Positions 25,766-36,332 of a DNA stretch of 64,000 nucleotides are shown here, one piece after another. The stretch covers positions 74,154,001 through 74,218,000 of the forward strand of contig NC_087437.1 in the NCBI RefSeq assembly GCF_036321535.1. Direction: 5' to 3'. This DNA comes from Camelus dromedarius (taxonomy: Eukaryota). Made by a program: the position numbers and the translations under genes. Position 1 is the stretch's first letter; each line of letters begins with the position of its first letter. The notes beneath the pieces are model-generated. The model made no database searches. It saw only the letters and a list, made by a program, of their open reading frames with translations, and was not told the DNA's origin.

Positions 25766-26199
25766 GAAAAGTACATAGGAAGGATGTACATACTCTATGT
25801 GTAGAATCAGGAAAGCTTTTTCAAATAGTTTACATATTATATTACATTACATATTACATATTACTGTAAGTAGTTTATATTTAATCAGAGAATTTTTCAA
25901 GAAGTGTGGGCTGATAAAGAGAAGAACTAAGAAAACCATGGAGTAAAGAGTTTTAATTTTTATTACGGGAAAAGCATTAATACTGACGGAAGAAAACCAG
26001 AGGATAATCAAATGTTGAAGATACAAATCAACAGATTAAACAAAGCTGGTAATATCCTGATATTTAGTTAGAAGTAGAAGGGAAGGCGGCTTCCAATATA
26101 ATTAGGGTAACATTTCAATAATGTAAAGAAACACTATTAATAATTATTCTGGGACAACCTGCATGAAATGAAATTTTATAAAGAGAAAGAAATGCATGC

Positions 26200-27420
26200 A
26201 TGCAGAGATATGTTGTGGATAAGGTGGCAGAAAGATGAGAGATTTATTTGTTTTCTATACACTCTGTGAAGTATATAGTCATCAAGTGAGACTGAAAGCT
26301 CAGATAAAGTCATTTAATGAGAATAAAGGTGGGTAGACAGAAAGGTTAGCACTCAGAGAGTAGAAAAGAATCAAGTTGCCAGCTGTGTGAAATGAGAGAA
26401 AGCTAATAGAACATAAACAGATTAATTGTTGGTACTGAGCACTCAGTTAAACTGGAGAACATGTATTTATCATGAAGAGCAAGACTTGCGTTTGTGGTTC
26501 TTACTCGGAGAGGGCTCAACAGCCTGATGATGGGTGCAGAGAAGATAAGCAGGTGGTCTGATTCAAAATCAGAGGTTTCTATGTAAGGAAAATGGGGCCA
26601 AGAAATAGAGCACTGTCTCCAAAGTAGGGGTTGATTTACTGTGGTATCACAAGAAAATTTTAAAATTTCTACTTTTATTTTGTACATTTTATCTTTATTT
26701 TTATTTTGTAAATTTTATCAGTGTTCCAATTAATTAAAAATAATTTTAATAATTCTTTAATATACTTAATTACTTAATAACATAAATTAAAACTAATCTA
26801 TTACTACATTATTACATTTTATATATTTACATGTGTGTGTATTATATATAGAGAGAGAGAGGGAGAGAAGAGAGTGAGGATTCAAAAATGTCTTATAGCA
26901 GTGTGACACTCTGGTAAAATATATTTGAACATATATTTACCTAAGTCTATGATACAGTCTAAGTGATACTAAACCATGAAAGCTGACTTCATTAAAACTC
27001 CTAATCTCCGTGTTCTTTACTTACCTTTTTCTCACCTCCTTCCTATTTATCTTAAATATGTAAAAAGAGCATGACTGAATTAGACTGCAAGTATAGGAGC
27101 TTTTGTCATTGAGAACCGTTCCATCTGACAGTGGCTGTGGGCGTACAAATCCAAGTGAAGTGTAAGTAATGAGAAAAAGGAGGTCAAGAAATTGAGAGGT
27201 TAGGATCTTAGACAGGTCTTTCACACAAACATTAAAATTGCCCAGGATGATAGCAAAATTGGCTAATAATGAGAGGAAGAAGATCCCAGTGTCAAAATCC
27301 TCAAGAATGAAATTAAAGAATAACAATGTGAGACCAAGTAGCTTGTGAACATCAGCCACTTTGATGATTAAGGATGTAAAGGAGACTGTAAAATACAAAG
27401 CATGGAATCTGGGGTCATAA
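26200..27420 (-). mobile_element. L2 LINE ORF2 remnants (endonuclease region)
   Basis: Minus ORF 27021-27398 contains AIILGNFNVCVKD...LTSQFLDLL, resembling the APE-endonuclease IILGDFN motif as found in L2. The + strand is purine-rich. Boundaries uncertain. Confidence 0.55.
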
Positions 27421-28146
27421 GTTTGGGGAAAAAAATTTGGAAGAAGTGGTGAGTGAGTTTTCCAGAGAAAAGATATAAATTGGATGAGGGTAAAGACTGA
27501 TGGATTAGCCAGGACAGAGAGGTTCCTGACAAGCTGCCGAAACAGCCTGGGCTATTCCTGTTTAATGGGAAATGATTACAAGTTTGTTACAGCCAAGGTG
27601 GATCTCAGTTTTGAGGATGTGGGTGCTCTGGTGGATGGGGATACTCTGTCCTCTCTGGAAGGGACCCTTTCTCTCTAAATTGACTGTGTGGCTCTGGCTT
27701 TGAGGTTACTATTCCATTGACTCTTAGAGGGTGGTTGAGAGGCCGAATCTGTGTATAATGAGATTAACAGGCCATGGGCCCTGAGTCCAGAGGGCACATT
27801 CATCACTGAGGACTGTTCCATCTCGGAGAGTCCAGAGCGTAGGAGTCATGGGAATACTGGTGCAGGTGCAGAGGAGATAGTGGTTCTGGGAGGACGCAAA
27901 AGAAGCCATGAGATTGAGAGACTAGGGCAACCCACCACACACCCCACCAGATATGTTACTGTGAGGGTGACTAGACGATGGAACTGAGACTCAGCACTAT
28001 CAACAGTGTTGCTTAGATATTTATCTAATTCTGGAAGTAAAAATTTTCAATCAAAAACATTTGTACACGAGTCGTTACAGCACTTAACACAATGACAGAC
28101 AATTATAAGACAGGATTCCAGGGTGCCTTTCATTCCTTCACATTAC

Positions 28147-28519
28147 AGAACTTCCAAAACTATGTTGAATTTAAGTAGCAAGAGTGGTCATGCATGGCTT
28201 GTTCCTGATCTTAGGGGAAATGCTTTCAGTTTTTCACCACTGAGTATGATGTTAGCTGTGGGTCTGTCTTATATGGCCTTTATTATGTTGAGGAATGTTC
28301 CCTCTGTGCCCACTTTCTGGAGAGTTTGTACCATAAATGGATGTTGAACTTTATCAAATCCTTTTCCTGCATCTATTGAGACAATCATATGGTTTTTTAT
28401 TGTTTGATTTGTTAATGTGGTGTATCACATTGATTGATTTGCAGATATTGAAAATCCTTGCATCCCTGTGATAAATCTGACTTGATCATGACGTATGATC
28501 CTTTTAATGTACTGTTGGA
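28147..28519 (-). mobile_element. Relatively young L1 ORF2 (RT region) fragment, antisense
   Basis: agaacttccaaaactatgttgaat...ttgttcctgatcttaggggaaatgctttcagtttttcaccactgagtatgatgttagctgtggg...tgcatctattgagacaatcatatgg, well preserved. Confidence 0.9.
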
Positions 28520-28582
28520 ATACAAAACTTGTAAATGGAAAGTAACCTTTAAAACTGTATAAAAATAAAAATTAATAAAAGA
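28519..28582 (+). mobile_element. L1 extreme 3' end, sense, fused to the inverted ORF2 piece
   Basis: tgtaaatggaaagtaacctttaaaactgtataaaaataaaaattaataaaa resembles a cetartiodactyl L1 3' terminus with A-rich tail. Confidence 0.6.
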
Positions 28583-29699
28583 GAAGTCAAGGAATGGAGG
28601 CAGGCAGTTAACACTAGTATTTCTGACCCTCACTGTTGGTTATACTCCAATTTTATAGACCACATTAGTATAGCATGTGAAAAAGTTTTTTTGATACAGA
28701 AAGAAAATGGCAATAAATAAATAATAAAAGCTGGAATAAAACAAATTCTAGATCAGTAATTATAATCAAGCCTCATCCCAATTTCCTAAAGAAATCCAAG
28801 AATACACTAATCCTGTCTTGACAAGGCACCTTCCTTATAAATCTGCTATAAGACCCATTCTACATACAAGAAATAAGTATAAATGGGAGAAAATGTCCAT
28901 TTGATATTTATTAGTATTTTGCTTGAGATGCTCAAAGCAGAGACCTGGAGAAGCTGAGTTAGGAAACATAGCTGAGCATAAACGTCCAAGAAACACACAA
29001 AACTAAATATACAAAACTAAAATTCTGGCATTTTGCCAATCTTGGACTGAATTTATAGTAGAGGAAATGAAAATATTCATGAATGTGCTTCTAATCAGTT
29101 GGAAGAAAGAGTGGAGAGCAAGATGAATGATGGGTCCTCAGAGGACCATAAAGGTTCACCACTGCCCAGAGTAGAAGAGTGGGTGCCCATGCAGTGAGCT
29201 TGGATGCAACGTGAGCCCGCTCATTAATGAAAGCGGCCCAATTTTTTGTGTGTCTGATCAATAATCTTAGTAACTGTTCCTTTTTGTATGCCTGAGGAGG
29301 GGGAAAAAAAAGAGAATAATAGAAGGGGGAAGCAGCGAGGGAGCAGAGATTTTTCTCACGTACACACTAATAAAAGGTGATGCCAGTATGAGGAGGCTGG
29401 AGGCAGAGATGAAGCAAAAGCTATACCTCCTGCTGAGATTCAAACACTGAATTGTACATCTGCTTCACTCGTGCTGCTGAGCTATGTCTCAGGGTTTTGT
29501 ATTATTGTATTTCTTTTATATTAGGGGAAGCAGTAGATGTATTCCAGCGTATTAGAGGTAGAAAGGGAGTACCATGTGCAAACTTTGGATGTGACTCTAA
29601 TTACCCTAACTATCCAGATAGGAAGCACTAACAAAGCTTCCTAGCGGAGGTGTTACTGGAGCAGACTCTGGAAATATAATATGGTGTAGTTAATATATA

Positions 29700-29916
29700 T
29701 GTATACGTATACATAGTGTCCAAAATGTGGTACAATTTGTTTTACATGTTTTAAATAGTTTAACTCATTCAATCTTTATACTAACCCTAAAGATATTATT
29801 ATTATCTCCATTTTAAAAGAGAGGAAACTGAGGCACAGTGCCAGTAAGGAGCAGAATTAGTATCTGAACTGAGAAGTCTGGCCCTGGAGTCCACAGTCTT
29901 CTACCATACTGTACTG
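29700..29916 (-). mobile_element. MIR SINE
   Basis: taactcattcaatctt...attattatctccattttaaaagagaggaaactgaggcacag...agtctggccctggagtcc...accatactgtactg. Confidence 0.85.
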
Positions 29917-30119
29917 TCTTTTAAGAAGAAGAGGTGATGGTGATTTTTACAGAATATGCAATGGCCTGGATGGAGACTAAGCCATTTGAAAAGCTGAAAA
30001 AAATGGGCATTGTCAAGGTACATGTACTTGTGTGTGTACACATACACATATATAAAGCACATGTATAAATAGCACATAACTCAAATTATGTAATGAAAAA
30101 GTCATCTTTTTACTATGTA

Positions 30120-31430
30120 AATAGAAACAAGGAATATAATAGAATGCAGAAATAGATCCACATGTTTATGTACAACCAATTTTCAACAAAAGCTCCAAGG
30201 CAGTTCAGCACAGCAAGTCTATTTGCCAAATTTTGCAAGAACAACTTGATAAATTCATGAAAATAAAAAGAAATCTCAAACTCCACCTCACATCACACAC
30301 ACTAAAAAATAATTTCAAGTTGGCCCATAGACCTAAACATAAAAGAAAAACTAAAAAAAAAAAAATCTCTAGAAGAAAATATAAATTGGTAAAGATTTCT
30401 CAGAGAGGACAAAAAACACCAAAATAAAAGAAAAAATGTTATACTGGCCTTCATTAAAATGAAAACCTCTTCCTTATCAGTGGTCACTGTTAACAAAATG
30501 AAAAAGCAAGAAACAGACTACGAGAAAAATATGTTTGGGGCACAGGGCGACAGGTGGCTGTGTCTTAAAAAGCACATGTACTCGGAACATATAAAATGGA
30601 CTCCTGCAAATCAATGCCTAAAAGACAGACGATTCAATAAAAAGTGGACAAAAGCATTGAGAAGTCTCTTCACAAAAGAAGACATATGATGCTTAAGATC
30701 ATAGTCATCAGCAAAATGAAAATTAAAATCACAATATGATACCATTTCACACACATTAGAATCATTATTTTTTTAAGCTGACAACATGAAGTATTGGCAA
30801 TGGTCTAGCTGAACTCTCATACACTGCTCGTGGAAATGTAAGATGATGTGACCACTTTGAAAGCTATTCAGTAGCTTCTTATAAAAGCAAGCATACACTT
30901 GTTATAATGACTCACAGTTCTACTTTTAAGTATTTGCCCAAGAGATCTTGTAACCTATGTCCATAAAAAGATTTGTACATAAATGCCCATTGAAATTTTA
31001 CTCATAATAGTCCCAAACTGGAAATAATCTCAATGTCTATCAACAGAATAATCAATAAACAAACTGTGGTATGGAATATTATTCAGCAATAAAAAAGGCT
31101 ATTGGTACATACAACAACATGGATGAATGGGAAAACAAAACAAAACAAAACAAAACAACATCTTGCTGAGTGAAGAAAGCCAGACAAAAAGAACCATATG
31201 GTATGATTTCATTTTTATTTATGTCACTAGGAAAAACTAATTTGTGGTTGTAAATATCATGACTGTGATGGTGTGAGTAGCAGTATGGATTGACTAGGAA
31301 GCATGAGGGATCTTTTGGGGTATTAAAAATGTTTTATATAATAATTGAGATAACGATTATGCAGGGAACATACTGACCAAAGCCCATGGAAATATACGTT
31401 CAGATCTGTACATTTCCCTATGAAAAACAA
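30120..31430 (+). mobile_element. Old L1 (L1MC/MD/ME-type) ORF2 end and 3' UTR
   Basis: cagaaatagatccacatg; ttcacaaaagaagacatatga; gaactctcatacactgc; ggaatattattcagcaataaaaa; tgctgagtgaagaaagccagac. Confidence 0.8.
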
Positions 31431-32703
31431 ATATAAACAGTAAGAGTGACTTGGGGCTTCATTTTAGCAGCAGAGCCTCACTGTCTGCAAAGACTGCTGG
31501 AACACTGCACAGTCCCAGTGGCCACTCTCATTCATAAAGGCAATGACTGTTTCCTCCCAAACAAGACCACCTGAGATCTGGGATTCCTTCTAATAAGATT
31601 TCTTTTTTGGAGGGTAAACTAGCATACTAATGAAATGGCACAAGCTGCTATTAAAAAAAAAAACAACAAATTCAGGATTCTCAGTATCTAAATATGTTTA
31701 CTAAAAGTATCTTTCTTGCTTTAAAAATAATCATCATTTCCACAAGACAAAGAGAGGAAGACGAGCAATTTCTTTTAAGTCAAAGATTCTACCCAAATCA
31801 GCTTTTCTCTCTTTCTCTTGTCCATCCACAACTTCAGTCTTTCTAAAAACTTAATCAAATGCAAAATCCAGGCAGTGGTTGGTTAATCAATAATAAGATG
31901 TTACCTGAAAATGATTGCTTTCCCTGATATGTTTCTTTTCAGTGTGAGTCACACATACTAAGGAAACTGACATGAATATAAATTGGCTAAAAGGGCTGTG
32001 TTTTATAATAACTGTGGTATAGGAGTGAAACAGTTAGGTGACTATGATATTAAAACTTCTGGTTACATTTCAATAGGAACATAATCATAACTAGATAACA
32101 AATATATTTCATTTAGCCATAGCCGAATCCAGTTCCTTTTAATGTGCCCTCCAGCCAAAGGAAATTTGAAAGGCTTTTGACTTTTTCTGTTCTATGATTT
32201 TTTGTTTTCAAAAAGCTCTTCTCTCTACTGTTGCTAAGAGGAAAAAGAAACTGTTGCCAAGGAACAAGGAAATACAGTGTCCAGCTCATGTGTGTGTCTC
32301 CTCAGTTGCATATCAATTGCAAAAGCCTCAGCTGCTTTCAAGGACATGATGTGAGTGAGATATCATTCGGAATACTGCAATACAGGAGTTGCAAGCCCAT
32401 CTGAACCCATGAAGTTCAGTGCTTCTCTACGAGTGATATTCACCTGTATACATAATTTCTTATATTCCACTTTGAAGAACAAGTACATTACTAACGCAAT
32501 TGCACTTTTCATTTACCTGAAGCTCTTTGCTTAATCGAGAGCAAGTAATATGAAGGAAGATTATCCTGCTTGTTTCATTTCTTCCTCCTGATCAAGAACA
32601 GATGTCATATCTAACCTGCTTAACAAAAGTTCCTCTTTGTTCACAAGCAAAAGGGAGGTAAACAGATCTATTATGATTCACCTTGACATAATACCAGAAA
32701 GTT

Positions 32704-32830
32704 GTGATTTGAGAAAGTTACAGATATATGTTCAAGAAATTGTGAACATAGTGATTTGAGAAAGTTACAGATTTGAGAAAGTTACAGATATATGATTTGA
32801 GAAAGTTACAGATATATGTTCAAGAAATTG
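32704..32830. repeat. Complex local tandem duplication (four copies of GATTTGAGAAAGTTACAGAT)
   Basis: Exact copies start at 32706, 32753, 32770 and 32794. The 38-bp unit at 32705-32742 is repeated exactly at 32793-32830. Confidence 0.95.
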
Positions 32831-34115
32831 ACTCATCCAAAAGGTACCACAGTGGACAAAATGTTAAGTGAACACATACTCTGAGTAACAACTCCCTACT
32901 TGCCATGGCCCCTTTCTAAGAAAATTTACAACAACCCCCCGTTTTTGTTGTCATTTGTTCCATATGCCCACATCACAGACAAAGCTAATTAGGCCAATGA
33001 TACACGTAAGAAAAATCAATATGCTAGATTAGTTAAGCAAGCTAAATATCTTCATTGAAAGTGCATATTAGAAGACACTTTATCAGATGGTGATTTGCCC
33101 TGGGGTCATACAACCTTGGGGCCATGTGAAGTTATGCTCAAGCAGGACAAACTCATGTAGATAGAGAGGAGATAAAAGTCAAGAAAGAGAATGGGAGAGT
33201 CTGTACCACATCTGTGACTGAAAGAGGCAAAAAATAAATACCTCATGAGAGAAGTAAACACCGACTTTAATAAGACTAGATTTTATTAACATCAGTTGGT
33301 TTTATTTTTTAATTATTCCTTTCAAATGTATTCTATTAAATCCTTTAAATTTGCCTTACAAAGATGCCCTGGTCACTATTAGTTATTAAAATTTAATTCA
33401 GTCTAGTTTAATACTCCAGTCACATATGTGATTCAAAGCACTCCCACCCTGCCCCACTCCTATTCACATTTGATAGTCATTTGCTCCTTTAATAGCTTGT
33501 GGGGGGAGAGGAAAGACATGAAAATGAGAAAATGTGCCCCAACTTAACTTGGCAAGGTTACCTCTAGTGATAAATATCCCTAGATATTTTGGTTCAGTCT
33601 GATTCTATCTGAGGCTGAATGTCCCTGAGGAGATAAGTGTGATTTTCTTAGATGGGCATCACCTTGATCCTAGAACCTCCCCCTGTTGATCATCTCCTCA
33701 GTCACAGGCAGCTTTGTCCCTATGTGATCTTGCTGAAAGTTCAGTTTCTGATCCTTTTGCTTAATAATATGTATCCCATTGTTTTGTCTTGGGGCTGCCT
33801 GGTCAGCTCTGTCTTCTGCCACTTCACTAATTCCCATTTTCCTTCAATCTAACATGTAGTAACTGCTGAGATTTGCTCTCTGATCATTTGAGGGTAAAAG
33901 ACAACAAGGGTGAAACAGAGGATGTCTCCATCCTCTTCCAAATACATTTCATCACGCTTTCTCCAAGTCCTAATAGTATGGGGCACTCCAGATGACCCTC
34001 AGCCTGCCAAAACCTGTAGACAATAAATGCACAACACCCCAAATTCAGAGGATATAAATCACGGTCTGCCAAGAGCTTCCTCATTCCTCTCTTCTCTCAT
34101 GATCACAACAATGGG

Positions 34116-34158
34116 CCTTTAATTTCTGCAATTTGACTGAAATTGCAGAAATTAAAGG
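34116..34158. repeat. Perfect 19-bp inverted repeat with 5-nt loop
   Basis: cctttaatttctgcaattt - gactg - aaattgcagaaattaaagg; the arms are exact reverse complements. Confidence 0.95.
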
Positions 34159-35439
34159 GCATGAGATGCCCAATTCTATTTCTTACAGGTATTCCCAATC
34201 TCCCCTAGTGATTCTCTTGGACCATCACTCCAGCTTGGATTTTGTAGTGGTAAGTAGCTCTTTCTCTCTTCCTTTGTTGAGAAAAAGGGAGAGATGTAGG
34301 CAAGGGTGGGGAGGATACTGAGCAGCTTCACCATTTTTGGTACACTCTGCCCAAGTGTAGTGCCAAGACTCTCTCTCTGACTCTTCCATCTACCCTCAGG
34401 TTTCTCTTTCTATTCACTATGAAGGGAGTGGTAATCCCTGGTAAGCTCTGTGAAGAGAAATCTGGCCACCGTTGTGGGTTGCTTACTGGAATTCTCTTTA
34501 GACTATAAAGCACAAGAGTCTGGTGTAAGCTTAATTTACAATTAGCTTTAACTGCAATTTCAGAATATCAGAAAAAGTCTCATTCAATATCATTTACATA
34601 GACTCTACAGTTTAAGAATTTTTTTTCTAATGAGTTCTGGCTGTATTTCCTGTCCTTAGTTTCTGTGAGATATAATATTAAAATAAACCAACGACTTACT
34701 TTACCAAGTTCTGTGGACTTCTGTTCTTACCCAAAACATCACCCAATGGAGACAATGAGCTAGTTCCCATAAAAGTCTCTTGGTGAGAAACGAGAGGATT
34801 CATCACCAAGAAATGTAGAATCTGCTTGAAAGACAAAACTTACACACAGAAGAATAGCAATATACCGTATTATTTCAACAAGCACCAAAAGAATTGTAAG
34901 AGACGGTCATCACTCAAGGAAGCTGCTGGGTCATAGCTGGCAATCATGCCATCATCTCACAAAATCAGTAACTGGAAAACAGAAACACATTTTCACTTAG
35001 GAGAAAACAGGAGATAGGCTGCCTCTTCATGTTAAAAGCTTTGAATGCTGTCTTTAGATGAACATTTTTATAAGAATAAAAAATAATTTATATATTTACA
35101 AATCACAGTAGTGCCTAGTATAAAATCCTTTAAATGACAGAAGGTAAATTTAAAAACTTTTCTATACATGCATGTGTGCATGTGTGCTTGTATGGTATGT
35201 GTGGTGTGTATGCTTATTTTGTATGTACACATATATTTATAAACATACATATTGTGTGTAGATATACATAAGTGTAAGTCCTAAAAAAACTTAGTTATGG
35301 AACTATGGAGTGTATGTATTATATATATATATATTTTTTTTTTTTAAATATATATACATACACACAAACACACATAAATTTTAAACATGCTACACTGGGG
35401 CCGAAGTCAAACCTGGGGCAGCTGAGCACAGCACTGGAG

Positions 35440-36283
35440 TGTAGGAAAACTTATGACTTAGGTGATACCAGGCAGTGCAAACCTAGGTCACACAGAGGCC
35501 CACAAACCCTCCTTTGAAACTGCTCTGTCCTCCTGGGCCCCTGCACTCTGAGTCTGTAACAGGAGTGGTAGCTCTGGCGATCTCTAAGTCACCTGTGGGG
35601 GAATTTTTCCATTGTATTGGAGATCAGCTCCTGGCTTCTGTTGAGATGGTTGATCTGCACTAATCTTCTTATCAAGTAGCCACCTGGCCACACTCAAAGC
35701 ATTCTAATTTTTTATAATACGGATAGGCTAAGAATTTTCCAAATCCTTAAGTTCTGCTTCCTTTTTTGCTTAACAATTCTGTCTATAAGTTATTTTTCTC
35801 TGCTCATGTCGTACTATAAGCAACCAGGTGGAGTCAAGACACACTTTCAACAATTTGCTTAGAAATAGCTTTAGCTAAATACCCAATTTTGTCATTCATA
35901 AGTTCTGTCTCACAAAAGCATTAGAACGGGAACACAATTCAGCCAATTGCCACTTTGTAACAAGGATGGCCTTTCTCCCAGTTTCCAATAACATGTTCCT
36001 CATTTCTATCTGAGATCTCATCAAAATGACCTTTACCCATCATATTTCTACCAACATGATTTTCCGAATTACTTGGCTATTCTCTAAGAAAATTGAGACT
36101 TTCTTCATAGCTCTACTCTTTTCTTTCTGAGATCTCACCAAAATTGCCCTTAATGATTGATTCCATGCAATGTGGACTTTTTCTAGCACTCACTTCAAAA
36201 CTCTTCCAGCCTCTGCCCTTTACCCAGTTCCAAAAACCTCTTTTCACAGCATTTGTTATAGTAATGTCCCCACTTTTGCTATC
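35440..36283 (-). mobile_element. MaLR internal sequence (MLT1-int/MST-int-like), 5' part
   Basis: aattttccaaatccttaagttctgcttcc; gaacacaattcagcca...tttgtaacaaggatggcctttctcccagtttccaataacatgttcctcatttc; aaaactcttccagcctctgccctttacccagttccaaa; directly abuts an MLT1A LTR. Confidence 0.8.
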
Positions 36284-36332
36284 AGTTTCTTAGCTCATTC
36301 AGGCTGCTATAACAAAAATACCATAGACTGGC

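Noticed and set aside
19322..25770. Target-site duplication of the ERV-L provirus
   Set aside because: The left flank aatgc has no recognisable copy on the right, and the 3' LTR terminus is decayed.
25828..25866. (TTACATA)n-like and other AT-rich low-complexity tracts (also ~26.7 kb, 35.2 kb, 53.2 kb, 57.15 kb)
   Set aside because: Ordinary degenerate microsatellites.
28126..28601. Possible inverted TSD around the inverted L1 (cctttcattccttcac vs gtcaaggaatggaggc)
   Set aside because: Only 12/16 match in purine/pyrimidine-biased sequence, which is compatible with chance.
32704..32830. CRISPR-like repeat array
   Set aside because: Mammalian context, no unique spacers, no cas genes. The intervening sequence is copied from the repeat itself.
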